A stretch of 64,000 nucleotides of DNA from Octopus vulgaris (Eukaryota), in NCBI GenBank assembly GCA_951406725.2, contig OX597815.1, forward strand, positions 54,374,001 to 54,438,000. The letters are read 5' to 3'. The position numbers were made by a program, and so were the translations under genes. The notes below the pieces were generated by a model. The model did not search any database, was not told the DNA's origin, and saw only the letters and a list, made by a program, of their open reading frames with translations. How positions within the stretch are numbered: position 1 is the first letter of the stretch; each line of letters opens with the position of its first letter. Below, piece by piece: positions 11,746-25,004 of the stretch.

Positions 11746-13362
11746 GAGAGGATACTTCAACCATACTCCAGACCCAATACACCAAAAATTCCGGATGAAC
11801 TCCCAAAACACATAGACCCCAAAATAATAAACTTATCTAAAAGAGAACTTGACGAATATGAAATGAACCTACTACTAAAAGGCCTCAAATTTACACCTAC
11901 ACCCACTCCAAACCTCATAGAACTAAAAACTGACATAGATAACTTCAGCCGCTACCTCCGCCTTATGGAATTCTTTGAAAATAAAGAAACAGAAGATAAC
12001 TCAATCATAAGAAAAAAATCCCACTTCACCCCTTACAAGGGAAGTGACAAACACCTTGACACGTACATAGAAACAATATCCAAATTCCCTCTTCACACAC
12101 ACAAATGCAAACAGAATCTCCGCAGAGAAGAAAAGCAAGCCCTACAAAAACTGAAAAATGACAAATCAATCGTTATAAAAGAAGCTGACAAAGGTGGAGC
12201 AATAGTAATTATGGACACAGATTACTACAAAGAAAAGATACTAGAGTTACTGAACAACCAGACATATTACAAAGAGGAACCAACACCACCGGAGAAAGCA
12301 ACAATAAGAAAAATTAGAACTTTAGTCAATGAATATCAGGACTCCTTTACAGATAAGGAGGAAGATTATCTATGCAACTCACAAACCAAAGAAAGCAACT
12401 TTTATGGATTACCTAAAATTCATAAAAGCTCGGAAATACAGAGAGCCATAAAGGAACAGAGGAACCACTACATAAGAGTACAAAGACCTGCAGACCTCAC
12501 GATGAGACCAATAGTGGCAGGACCCCAGGCACCAACACAACAACTAAGCCACTTCATAGATATACTCCTCAAACCTCTATGCCCACAGATTCCAAGCTAC
12601 ATAAGGGATGACATAGACTTCCTCACACACATTCCAAATACAGTCCCGAAAAACACCATACTTGCAAGCTTTGATGTCACAAATCTATACACAAACATAC
12701 CACACACCCTAGGTCTAGAAGCTATAAAACAATCAATAGAAAAATACAGAGAACTTATAGATGAACGCTTCAAGACAAACTTTATCACCCAAGCCACCCA
12801 ACTAATACTAGAAGAAAACACATTCTCATTCAACAACAAGACATACCGACAGATAAAAGGCACGGCTATGGGTACAAAATTCGCACCTTCATATGCCAAC
12901 CTAGTGATGGGCTTCCTGGAGAAAAAACTATATGACGAAATAGGGAAAGTTTTCGAACACGACTTCAGAGAAGACATCAAGAAAAAGTGGAAACGCTACC
13001 TCGATGACTGTTTCATCTTTTGGAACAGATCAGAAGAGGACCTACAAACATTCCACAACATCCTCAATACGCTGCACCCATCTATCAATTTCACAATAGA
13101 TACCAGCCACAACGAACTTCCCTTCCTAGACATCAACATCAAAATACACAACTCCATCGTCACAACAGACATCCACTACAAAAAAACTGACACACATCAA
13201 TACTTAAATTTCCACTCCTGCCACCCATCCCACACAAAAAGAAACATCCCATATAGTATGGCACGACGAATATGTAGCATAGTAACTGATTCACAAATAC
13301 GATTAATAAGACTAGATGAACTCAAAAGCTTCCTCCTAGAGCAAAAATACCCCTTAAACTAA
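11746..13362 (+). CDS. PLE reverse transcriptase; frame open from 11746, first ATG at 11863
   Basis: IINLS..L..E..LL.KGLKFTPTP, ADKGGAIVIM, FYGLPKIHK, RPIV, DVTNLYTNIPH, GTAMGTKFAPSYANL, RYLDD, LPFLD, HPSHTKRNIPYS. Confidence 0.95.
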   Translation, partial: ERILQPYSRPNTPKIPDELPKHIDPKIINLSKRELDEYEMNLLLKGLKFTPTPTPNLIELKTDIDNFSRYLRLMEFFENKETEDNSIIRKKSHFTPYKGSDKHLDTYIETISKFPLHTHKCKQNLRREEKQALQKLKNDKSIVIKEADKGGAIVIMDTDYYKEKILELLNNQTYYKEEPTPPEKATIRKIRTLVNEYQDSFTDKEEDYLCNSQTKESNFYGLPKIHKSSEIQRAIKEQRNHYIRVQRPADLTMRPIVAGPQAPTQQLSHFIDILLKPLCPQIPSYIRDDIDFLTHIPNTVPKNTILASFDVTNLYTNIPHTLGLEAIKQSIEKYRELIDERFKTNFITQATQLILEENTFSFNNKTYRQIKGTAMGTKFAPSYANLVMGFLEKKLYDEIGKVFEHDFREDIKKKWKRYLDDCFIFWNRSEEDLQTFHNILNTLHPSINFTIDTSHNELPFLDINIKIHNSIVTTDIHYKKTDTHQYLNFHSCHPSHTKRNIPYSMARRICSIVTDSQIRLIRLDELKSFLLEQKYPLN

Positions 13363-14051
13363 TAGAAAATGGAATCACAAGAGCATTAAAACTAGACATC
13401 ACACAACTCAGGACACCCAAAACAAAAAACAAAGAAAACACTATCCCTTTTATAAACACACACAACCCTGGAGTTACCAACATCTTCCAAACCATACATT
13501 CAAACCTACCAATAGCCTTACAGAGCCCCAAAATGAAAAACATATTAAACAAATATAGCATAAAAAACAGTAGACGACAGGACAAAAACCTAAAAAAACA
13601 CCTAACAAGAGCGAAATTCTCTTCAGAAACTAAAACGGAATTCTTTGCAAAAGAGTGCGGAGATGGTAGATGTGGGACCTGCAGCAACCCCACCTACAAA
13701 TACATAGAGAGCAACAGAGAGATAAGATTTAAAAATGGTGTCATATTCAAAGTAAATGCAGATATGAACTGCAAGACGCAGAACGTCATATACTGCATAA
13801 CCTGCCCCACATGCAAGGAGAATTACGTAGGAGAAACTGGTAATTCTTTGTGCCAGCGAGCCAGGATCCACCGACAACATATTCGGCAGGAAGAACTACG
13901 CAAAATACCACTAAGCACACACCTAGCTACATGTGGAGAAGGAAAATTTAAGATATTTCCCTTCTACAAGTGTCCGAAGAATGACACCCCCTTCAGGAGG
14001 AATATGGAAAAACATTTCATAGCTAAGTTCTCCCCCAAATTAAATGGCTGA
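13356..14051 (+). CDS. PLE thumb end, Zn-knuckle linker and GIY-YIG endonuclease; continues the RT after a 1-bp frameshift at the C-run 13350-13353
   Basis: Open from KLIENGITRA; CGDGRCGTC, NC.TQNVIYCITCPTC..YVGET, R..H, H...C, E.HFI, LN. Confidence 0.92.
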   Translation, partial: KLIENGITRALKLDITQLRTPKTKNKENTIPFINTHNPGVTNIFQTIHSNLPIALQSPKMKNILNKYSIKNSRRQDKNLKKHLTRAKFSSETKTEFFAKECGDGRCGTCSNPTYKYIESNREIRFKNGVIFKVNADMNCKTQNVIYCITCPTCKENYVGETGNSLCQRARIHRQHIRQEELRKIPLSTHLATCGEGKFKIFPFYKCPKNDTPFRRNMEKHFIAKFSPKLNG

Positions 14052-14558
14052 AACTTTACTCAACATACATTGAAGGAAAAATCTGTGTGTGTGTATTGCC
14101 TGTTATATACATCATATTATATTATTATCTTTATAATTCACTTCCATCTTTACCCTTTAATTGTCACTTTAATTTTAACTTTCCTATGACATACAACTTT
14201 CAAGATGGTATAATTTGGTTGTTCATTTTGAACCGATAAAAAGGTTTTTTCAAATATTTTATGTATAAGTCTGTGTGTGTGTATATATGTGTTGGTATAA
14301 ATATCAACACACAAAAATATTTTTTCTTCTCCACTTCCTCCCTTATTTTTATTTTTATTTTTATTTTTATTTTTATTTTTTTATTTTTTATTCTTTATAT
14401 TTTTATTTATTCTTTATATTTTTTTATTTTATTTTTTATTTTTTGTTTTTTATTTTATTTTTTTAATTTTTTAATTTTTTATTTTTATTATTATTATTTT
14501 TATTTTCCCTTTTCTCTTTTTGTCTCTCTCCCCTTCTCCAAACACACAGACACACACA

Positions 14559-14598
<40 letters not shown>

Positions 14599-14818
14599 CA
14601 CACACAGACACACACAGACACACACACACACACACCTCCACAGAATGATCATAGAAAGTGTGACCCCAAATGACATTTGCCAGGCCAACCTATGCACAAC
14701 ACACACTCAGTGACATTGAAATGGACAGCCAAAGTTCTTATAAAAGCACAGGGGGTCCAGCAGACCAACGGAAATAACACTTCTTCACTCTCAGATATAA
14801 ATGCGCACACACACGCAC

Positions 14819-14864
<46 letters not shown>

Positions 14865-15123
14865 ACATATTTTCTCTCTGTCTCACTTCCTCCTCACCCA
14901 CTACTACGAAACTATAAAAAGGTTCAAACTACCCACAACTGATTTGATTTGAAAACCCACTAGAATGGGAGCAAGCGCTAATCCGAATGATATGATATAT
15001 ATGTAAAAAATGTAATATATAAATAAATATCTACAAATATGAACCATCTGATCTGATTACCTCAATTTTTCTAATATATATATATATATATATACAAATA
15101 TGTATATACATATATATATTATA

Positions 15124-16402
15124 TTGGGTCGTCAAGAAAAAAAGTTTCCTAATGTTTTATAAATACAAGGAATAGTCTTATTCACCAAAGTATGCGCCCA
15201 TATTGTCAATACACTTTTGCCATTTCAGCGGTATCTTGTCCAGTCCGAAACTGTAAAGGCCTGGCAATCAAGAGTCAATAAAATCTTGTAAGGCCTGTTA
15301 TACAGCATCGTCGGAATAAAATTTTTTCCTATCAAAACGTTATCCAAATTCTGGAAGAAGTGGTCGTCAGTGGATGATAGAGAACTTCCAACTCCAAATC
15401 CTGTCATCGTCAGTGGTTGATAGAGAACTTCTAACTCCAAATCCTGTTGTTTCGCCAATGTCATTTTTGCGATGTGTGCTCGGCGTTGTCTTATAAAAAC
15501 AGGCGTGGTTCTGTCGACTAATCTAGGCTGTTTTTTTGTAAGTTTCTAAATCATTTGGTCCAGCTGGTTGCAGTATTCCTCGGTCTTGATTGATGAGCCA
15601 GGTTTAATGAAATCATAATGGATCACACCTACGCCAGACTACCAAACACACACCATCAGCTTCGTTTGATGAATTTTGCTTTTGGACTGCGTTTTGGTGG
15701 CTCGTCTTTCTCCAACCATTGTGCTGAACGTCTACGGTTATTGCATTGGATCCATTTCTCATCACATGTTATAATTCGATTCAAAAATGATTCATTTTTG
15801 TGACGAGAAATTAGCATAATGCAGGCTTCCAAATGTTGCTGTTTCTGATTTTCATTGAGTTCATTTGGAACCCACTTATCCAAATTTTTCACTTTACCGA
15901 TTTGAACTAGGTGGGTTAATATTGTTTGTTTGCAAACACAAAACAACAACACTAATTCACGGACACTTTAAGATGAATCTGACGCGACTGTAGCTTTCAG
16001 TTCGTCATTATCCACGTTTGTTTCTGGTCGACCGCGTTGCTCATTTGTGAGGTGAAAGTTACTAGAACGAAATTTTGCAAACCAATTTGATACTCTCTGC
16101 TTGTAATAACATTAGGATAAAATACTCCATTAATATTCTGAGCAGTCTGTGATGATGTATTTCCAAGAAAGAACTCATATTTCAAAACTGTACGAATTTC
16201 CGGCTTATCCATCTCTAAACAAAAATACCATAAAACTATTTATAAATACTTCATAAAGCGCAAAATGTGTTAGAATAAAGAAATAGATGTGTCAGGTTTC
16301 TAAGAAAAAATAAAGATTGGCAAAATATAATAATGGCGTAAAATGAGCAGCTGTCAAAGTTTACCATATACCTCACTACAAATTTCATACTTGACGACCT
16401 AA
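15124..16402 (-). mobile_element. Mariner DNA transposon with degenerate transposase
   Basis: TIRs ttgggtcgtcaag / cttgacgacctaa with TA on each side; MDKPEIRTVLKYEF, WVPNEL and RIITCDEKWI motifs; 43-bp internal tandem duplication at about 15366-15450. Confidence 0.92.
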
Positions 16403-17129
16403 TATTATACTGAGCTGAATACTATGCCTGCGTGCCTGCGGTGTGATATCATTCGAAAGCTCAACGATTCAAGGAAGTTTATTGTGACCAACGATGTATA
16501 ACAACGCCCGGTCTGATCAATCCAGTAAAATATATATATATATTTAAATGCGTGTGTGTGTGTGTATGTGTTTGTGTGTACATACATACCGTTGTGATCA
16601 GTCCGATACTTAGGCATGTGTAATAACTGTTCATATGAAGGTAACATATGAAATATTAGAAAAGTTGAGCTACGTAGTGCGGTAAAATTGTATGCGAATA
16701 TTTTTATATTAGGGTTTTGAATACTACATATATTGCAGCATAAATACAATTGTAGAATTAAAAAAAACATTAAAACGAAAGTATAAAGTAGCTATGCACA
16801 ACTTTGAATTCTGGAAAAATCTTGTAATTTTTAAAGGAGATTGTGTCAGTCAATGAACAAAATCATCATGGCCAAACGTATAAATATCCCTCGACCAAAT
16901 ATCGTGACTACAATCGTGACTATAATCATTGTATACGACCAAGGTTCTTAAAAACATATGAAGCATATGTACAATCTAATCATCAAAGTTCGGTTTTACG
17001 TAAAAGTTAAAAAATTTGTTGATTACCCCATCACGCAGAATTAAATTTTTTCCCCAAAAGATTTAAAGAAACATGCAAAACGTATCATTAGATGTAAATT
17101 GATACATCTAGCGGAAATGTCTGATTCAA

Positions 17130-19100
17130 AGCAGGCTGGCACTATAAAGCATTGAAGATAATCATCTCACTTCCACTGATGGACAAACAGAACGATCATC
17201 CATTCCTAAACTGTACAAACCAGAGAACACCAAAAGCCTGTGGATGCCTTACAAGTGATCTGAAATGCTATATTTCAACAGTTCCACAACCTTAATTTGA
17301 ATGACAGGCCATACAACACCAGTATAAGTAAAGAACCCAGGAAATTAGAATTAGAGGCAGTAAACAAAATAGCAAACAAATATCTGAAGACCACACAATC
17401 CAGAGGTATGAAAGCACCATACGAAACCATTAATCTTTTGATATACATCAGAGCTAATACATTACTAGTGTATTACAAAGAGCTGAAGCCATGCAATCGA
17501 GATTCAAACAAAAAGCATTAATGAGCATGGATATGTAAATTAAAAAATAAAATTTATTCCTGCAATAATGTATCTCACTGATCATTGTAGTAATGAAATG
17601 TAACACAGAAAACAAATTCGCACAACACCAGGAAGACCTCAGAAAACTAGAGAGAAAATTTGGTGATACAGAATTCAAAAACCTAAACTCCAAACTGCAC
17701 CAGCTGAAAGAACTAAAATATAAATCTACAGTATATAAACGGTAAATGCTCAACAAATTACTTGCCAGGTATCGCGAGTCAGCTGATCGCAGCTTCAATG
17801 CAAAAGGCTCAATCCCCATAAAAGACACGTCTACAAAAGATCAGGTTGAGGAGTATTAGAGATCTCTATGGGTACTGCATGATGAATTAATAAAACAAGC
17901 TGTATGGCTAAAAGAACAGAAGCAGGACTACTGTCTACATGTCCATCAAAAGCAATATGAAATAAACCTACAAAAAGGTGATCATAGAAATGGATCCAAG
18001 AGTACCTCCCATCTTTTCTTTGACGGCTACTTGAAACTGCTTGAGTCAACTATCGACTACTTAAAAACAGCTGGATCTCGTAACCCAATTTTCTGTAGAC
18101 ATTGGAATGAAATTTGGTCAGATTAAATATGCAGTTTTGACAATAAAACTTCGAAAATTTGTACTCACCTCTGAAAAGCCAAAACACGATCGGCTTGACA
18201 GTGCAAACTTTCAGTTAGGTGATAATTATAGGTATCTTGGACAAGACGAGAATGTCAGATATGACCCATAGAGAAGACCAAGAATGAATACCTTGGGAGA
18301 GTAAAAAGAATATAGTCATCTAGACTCTCAGCTTACAACACGCCTATTGCCCACAACACCATTGCAGTACCTGTCCTCACTCCTACGTTTGGCCTTCTGA
18401 ACTGGTAACTACAAGAACTCAGTGAGATAGACGTTCGAACTCTCAAGCTGCTCAGGGTTACAGAAAACTTCAGCATTAATGGAAATGTAGGCAGGCTATT
18501 CTTTCCAGGCAAGTATGGCAACTGTGGTTTCAAACCTGTATTGATATCATTTGACTCACGTATTGTGACTCTGAAGCAACATCTGCAACAGAGGAAAGAG
18601 ACTATCTTGCCCAATTTTGTGACTATGGAATCAACATAATTAGGGTAGCTTATGAGCTTGAAGTTTTGTATGAAATAAGAATTGATACATATCTCTCCCC
18701 AAAGAGCATTGGTAAAATCTATTTATCATATAACACCAGAATAAAAACAATGAACCAGTTCACTGAGAATTGCATAGAGGTAGCCTCTACATACCTACTT
18801 GGCATACCTACTTGGCATGTAAATACCTACTTGGCATGTAAATCATAAACTATAGGAGGGATTATCATGGCAAGAGTTTGGCATAGAGAACAGATAATTT
18901 TATGACGTACCACTTCGAAGGCTACCTCTATGCAATTCAAACGTCGACAGCATATACAGCATAAACTTTGACATAAAACAAGTGTAGGCTGTGCAAGACC
19001 ATGATTCAAGACATCAACCACTGCGAGAGAATGTCTTTTAGATATTATCTTTCTACGAGGCATGAAGCAGTGCAATCTGGAATAGGATAACAAAAATTGA
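17130..19100 (+). pseudogene. Old degraded R4/Dong-clade LINE
   Basis: YRYLGQDE, HNTIAVPVLTPTFGLLNW..ELSEIDVRT.KLL and RLF.P.K.G motifs with many stops. Confidence 0.65.
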
Positions 19101-19613
19101 AATACCTACCAAATTTAATCGAGGAGAAAGAGAACACACACACGCACATACATATATACACACATATGTTCATTCAATTTACTTCGCTATCAATAGATTT
19201 GTCCGAGATTACTCTCTCCTATAATCCACATTTGATTATTGATAATCAGCTCATAAATGTGGTTTAAAAGACATTAACCAAAGGTTCTCGGAAGGAGAAA
19301 CTATTAATAATTATATAAATTGAATGTCTATCAGTTGATAAATATATTATAGACTATACATTCTAGTATATTTACCGAATATCTTTTGCTTTAGTCAAAA
19401 TTCTTCCTATTACACGTACACGGATGATAAGCATTTTCTAATTACAGATATGTTCATGTATTGTACATGTATGTATGTATATATGTATGTATGTATGTAT
19501 GTATTTATGTATGCATGCATGTATGTATGTATGTATGTATGTGTGTATGTATGTATATGTGTGTGTATGTATATGCGTGTGTATATATATATAGATAGAT
19601 AGATAGATATATA

Positions 19614-21194
19614 CTAGCAGAGTTACCCGGCGTTGCCCGAGTTACCCACTTGAAGAATTAGACTTTTCTGTTATATTTTCTGTAATAAACTGGAATACCT
19701 ATGTTTAGAATTTCAACAAAATTGCAGATGAGGGTTATTTCCCTCTTTACACACCCAAACAAAATTGTAATCGTGCCACATGTATCCCATACTACTGATT
19801 TTTATGCGCATATTCCAAAATGCCAGTCTTATAGAACCTGTTAAAAGGATTTTGATCCTGAAAAATGGAGGTCATGGAGCTCTAAAATGTGAGAGTTAAC
19901 GCCCCTATTGGGGGTGGGCATCTTAATGTCAACCAAAGAATTTGAATCGTTGAGAATCTTTTTTAACTTGGTTCTTATATCTATTGTTTGAATTTCTTTG
20001 AAATGGAAATATATGTTCCTAGGTTTGTAAAAGAGAGCAAAACTACAGGAAACCAAAAGACGAATGAATCACAATAAGTAGTCAGCTACAGTACCCTAGT
20101 CGTTACCACTCCCAATGTAGTATTCCGCACCATGCAGGTGACAGGCACAGCCGTAAGATGCATTACGAATCTATAGCAATTGGAAGGGCGTGACCCAACT
20201 GAAATAAACATTAACAAATGTGTGACGTGAGGACTAAGGAGAAATGAAAGTTGGAGTTTGCAAATGACCACTATACTGATACGTAACTGGACAGAATAAA
20301 TATACAATCTATAAATGGCTTTGAATAATCAGTCACTCCTCTGGGAAGGCCTTGAAATCAATGTTACCATCTGGGGACTATGTGTGACCCAGTGATAATA
20401 AAAAGACTGAAAGGAGATCTGCAATCAAATAACTTAACTCAACACTGTGCAACTGAATCAGTGGAGACAAAGATGTTTTTCATTTACTTGACAATTTATG
20501 CACCACATTGCAGAAATCACAATCTAAGTGTATGTCAAAGCAAACTGTTACATTGTTGTACCATTGAATTACAAATAATGCTCATCTTCTATGCTCGGAT
20601 GACTCCACAGCGTCCAAGAGTACATCTGTATTCGTCTTTGTTTAGATAAAATAACAAAATTGTGAGTGTTAAGTCCCCATGGGAAATTTTGTAAATATTA
20701 CTTCATTTGTATCTAATATCTACGGTTAAAATTTCATCAACAGTAAAAATATATGAATTGTCATGGGGGTTATGGCCCTTATGCATAGAATATAATTTCC
20801 AAATTTCGTAAAGATCCATTCAGTACTTTTGACTTAGTTGTGGATCATTAAAGAAATGACTAAAATTTGGGAGTGGGGGTGTCTTAGAATCCTCATGTGA
20901 AGTGGAAACTTTGAGAATACTTCTTGATGTGTGTCAATTACCCATGGTTAAAATTTCATCAACATCGAAAATTTATGAATTTTCATGGAGGGTTCTGCCA
21001 CCTTTAAGCCATCTGAAATTCAAACCAAACATATTGCATTACACCCGCCCTTATGCATTGAATCTAAGTTTCAAATATCATAAGGATCGGTGCAGCAGTT
21101 TTCGAATGTATAAGTAATACACGAACACATAAAGACATTGTCTTTGATATAATAAATATGAATGTACACATATACATACATGTATATATATATA

Positions 21195-21236
<42 letters not shown>

Positions 21237-22640
21237 TGTATGTGTATATATATATGCGTGTATGTGTGTGTGTGTATGTGTGTGTGTGTGTGTGTGTGCA
21301 TTTTATATATATATACACAATTGCAGCGTGGAAGGTGTTTGTAAACCATTTAAGAAACACACAAAAGCCGTTCGATTCACTTATATATATATTTACATAT
21401 ATATATATATATACACACACATATATATATACACACACAAAGATAAATTGATAGATACAACTGAGTGGGCAAACAAAAATATGAGATACTGCCTAGTGGG
21501 GTTTTTTTTATTTTGATAAGCCTGGTACTTATTCTATCAGTTTCTTCTAGTGAAACCAGTAAGTTATGGGGATGTAAATAAACGAACACCAGTTGTAAGG
21601 CAATGATGAGGGAGAAACACAAACACACACACACACAGACTTACATAAATACATACATATATATACGATTGATTTCTTTATGTTTCTGTCTACAAAATCC
21701 ACTAACAATGCTTTGGTTGGTCTGAGGCTATAGCAGAAGATACATGCCAAGTCACCATACAGTGAGACTGAACCAAGCAGCATGTGTTTTGGAACGAAGT
21801 TTGTTACCACACAGCCATACTTGCACCTATGTATGTGTGTGTGTATGTGTGTATGGGTGTATGCATGTTTATATGTTAAATATATATGTGTACATATTAC
21901 ATGTACATCTATATATATATACATCTACACATATACATGTATACATATACATCTATATGTATAGAAATAAATGTATACATATACAGCTACACACACATAC
22001 ACACACACACATACATAGGTGCAGGTGTGGCTGTGTGATAGCAAACTTCGCTCCAAAACACATGGTCCTGGGTTTAAATTTAAATTTAAAATAATAATGG
22101 TGAGAAATTGAATATCAATTTGATTAATATGAATTGAAAACCAGTGGTGTAGCATATAAGACCATAGCGGATCTTCTTCTAGCAAAATGTGTCCACTGTT
22201 AAAGGTTCATCCCTCATATATAATAGTTTGACTTTAATAGTTTCAGTATTAAAGTGAAAGTATCTGACATTAAAATAGGGAGATGTCTTTGTTTGAATTT
22301 TAACCCGTAAGACTGAAATAGTGGAAAAGATATGATATTGCTGTGGGCTCGACCAAGGCATGAATTTAGACATTTTTTTCCCATAACACTACATAGACCC
22401 TAAGTAAGGCATGTTTAAAATTTGAATGAAATTAGTTGTGTATTTCTCAAGTTTTAGGGATTCATAGTGGAGAAGATATGATATTGCTGTGGGCTCGCTC
22501 TAGGCAAAAAGTTAAAAAATCTTTTGCCCATATGACAGTCCCCGGACCCTAAATAAGGCATGTGTAAAATTTGGATGAAATGTAGTTCTCAAGTTTTAGT
22601 TATTCACACAGACACACATTCTCAGTTTAATATATATATA
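19614..22640 (-). mobile_element. Non-autonomous Helitron-like element with internal SINE fragments
   Basis: Minus-strand 3' end cgggcaacgccggg hairpin followed by CTAG|t at 19614; subterminal repeats of about 150 bp at 22318-22630. Confidence 0.55.
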
Positions 22641-22850
22641 CAGTTACTCCAAACATGAACAAAGAGAAAACACAACAACGCGAGGACGTGGAACAAGTAT
22701 AGTGTTATTGGACGCTCAGGAAAGGAAAGAAAGAAGGAGGATTTAACATTTCGAGCGGTGCTCTTCGTCAGAAACATAGAAAAAGGAAAGATCCAAGGAA
22801 GGGAAGACGGAGAAAGAAAATCGCCAACAATACACACACGGTCACAAATT
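22640..22850 (-). mobile_element. Short PLE pLTR remnant with minimal hammerhead motif at 22738-22777
   Basis: gttt CTGACGA a gagc-acc-gctc GAAA tgt TA aat; weak stems I and III; next to (TA)n. Confidence 0.55.
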
Positions 22851-22984
22851 AAACTGACCGAATTGGAATGGCTGAAGAAAAAAGTTCTTTCAAAGACAGG
22901 AGAGTGCAGGAGAAGGAGATATGTGTGTTCGCGTGTGTGTATGTGTGTGTGCGTGTAATGATAGCACGTGTGTCTGTGTGTATG

Positions 22985-23038
<54 letters not shown>

Positions 23039-23039
23039 G

Positions 23040-23315
23040 GGAGACTGATACACAGTTATTTACTAACGTGCAACTGGCTGAACACTCCACAGACTCATGT
23101 ACACTTAACGTAATTCTCAGGGAGATTCAACGTGAGACAGAGCGTGACAAGGCTGGCCGTTTGAAATACAGACACTACTCATTTTTGCTAGCTGAGTGGA
23201 CAGGAGCAATGTGAAATAAAGTGTCTTAATCAAGGACACAACGTGTCGCCGGGAATTGAACTCACGACCTTACGATCGTGAGCCGAATGCTCTAACCAAT
23301 AAGCCAGGTACCTTC
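23040..23315 (-). mobile_element. tRNA-derived SINE (family B)
   Basis: Reverse complement of 4628-4900. Confidence 0.8.
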
Positions 23316-23407
23316 ATATGTTTATATGTTTATATTTATATGTGAGTGTATACATATATATATATGAACACATACGTATATATATCTATATATACATACA
23401 TACATAC

Positions 23408-23962
23408 ATGGTGGCTGCCCCCTCGTTATCGAGTATGGCTATTGCGCGAAGCTTAATCAATGTTGTTATCGTGCAATGCCTGTGCAAGAAGATTTTTTAA
23501 AAGTGAGGAAAGGCTGTGCACTGAGTCAATCCCACTTACTAAGCAACTGCAGCCATAATCCGAAAAGAAGAACAAGTGAACTTCATCGGTAACCACTGAT
23601 CCGCAGGTTTTATGTCGGAGTTATCCCAGTTACCTGAGTTACCTTCTCCTAGAAGAATGCCCTAACAAAGGCTAGGAGTCCTTCACTCCCAATATTTTAA
23701 CCGCGCGATTGGGTATTCAGTCCGATTATTTCTATGTCCCCGCGCATGATACAGCCTTAAGACATTTATTGGATGGCCGTTGACTCTCAAGAGTTCCTCC
23801 GCCCATTGACGGGTTTTGTTTTTCATCCCGCAGGGTGTCCAATGAACACCCTCTTCATCAAGCAAGCTTGGTGGGGTTGCCGGTTTAGTCGCCGACGACC
23901 CGACCATGCAACAGGTTGTACAGGGTTACATGTTACCAGTAGCACTCGAAAGTGACCTGACA
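23408..23962. mobile_element. GC-richer non-coding insertion in (TACA)n; possibly a non-autonomous retroelement
   Basis: Sharp boundaries inside (TACA)n on both sides; no credible ORF. Confidence 0.45.
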
Positions 23963-25004
23963 TAAACATACATACATACATGCATACATACATGCATACA
24001 TACCTGACATAAACATACATACATACATACATACATACATACATACATACATACATACATACATACATACATACATACATACATACATACATACATGCAT
24101 ACGTATAAGATTGAGATACACATCTATGTAAACAATGCAGAGTAAAAAACTCAATATAAGTGTGTAGATAATGCTACGAAATTTATTTTAAATGGAATTA
24201 CATAAATTTTGTGTGTTTCACTTTTTTCCCCATTCAGATACGAAAGCATTTCATATTCATAAACGATTGAAATATTAATAAAATAACAAAATCCCTTGAA
24301 AATGCACGGTAGTAATATCTATCCTTATTTAGAGTGTGTTATGTTATTTTACATTACTGTACAATGCTTGTGTTTGTGCCACGATGGTTTATTATTTTGA
24401 CATTGGACGGGCAAAGTAAAGAATATTCGACACACTATAACAAATGAAAGAATTTTTTAGAGCGTAAATTAGTATATTACGCAACTGTTCACTTTTCAGT
24501 CTTTAAGTCATTTAATATATTTTGTCAAATATTATTTATTCTATCAACATACAGATATTGATTAATGCATTTTCCCTGAAAAGTTTGGATCGTATCCATT
24601 AGGTATCACGTTTATAACGGTTGGTATCTTGTAATACATTCCAAATAACACTTATAGGGGTAATCTTTAAAACAAAACGCATTTGCATGCAATTTGCGTC
24701 ATAGATCTCTCTGGGTTCCTAGAAGAATTGTGGCACTGATTAAATCGCCCTTAAAATTTTCTCTATAAACTCGATATAATCTTTGAAATCTGAATTATCA
24801 GTTGTAGATATGTATCGCACAATAAAATATTGGTTTTGAATAAGAGTATGTAATACATAAGTTACGGGATAATAACTGTCGCATGAATGTTTTGGATCTA
24901 GGTAATTGTTTAAGAATTTTACTTTTGGTGTTTGCTTTTTCTGTAGGAAAATTACGTGTTGAACTGATGTTATATATAAAATTAATTATTTAAAATGGCT
25001 GAGT

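Larger units (their letters stand above)
11570..15075 (+). mobile_element. Near-intact Penelope-like element (Neptune-type) inserted in (TA)n
   Basis: RT plus Zn-knuckle linker plus GIY-YIG; about 1 kb 3' UTR; (TA)n on both sides. Confidence 0.92.

Noticed and set aside
12597-13880. Antisense ORFs over the Neptune element
   Set aside because: Shadows of an A/C-rich coding strand with no motifs
22318-22630. Regularly repeated 150-bp units (CRISPR-like)
   Set aside because: Two diverged subterminal repeats of a eukaryotic transposon with no spacer structure
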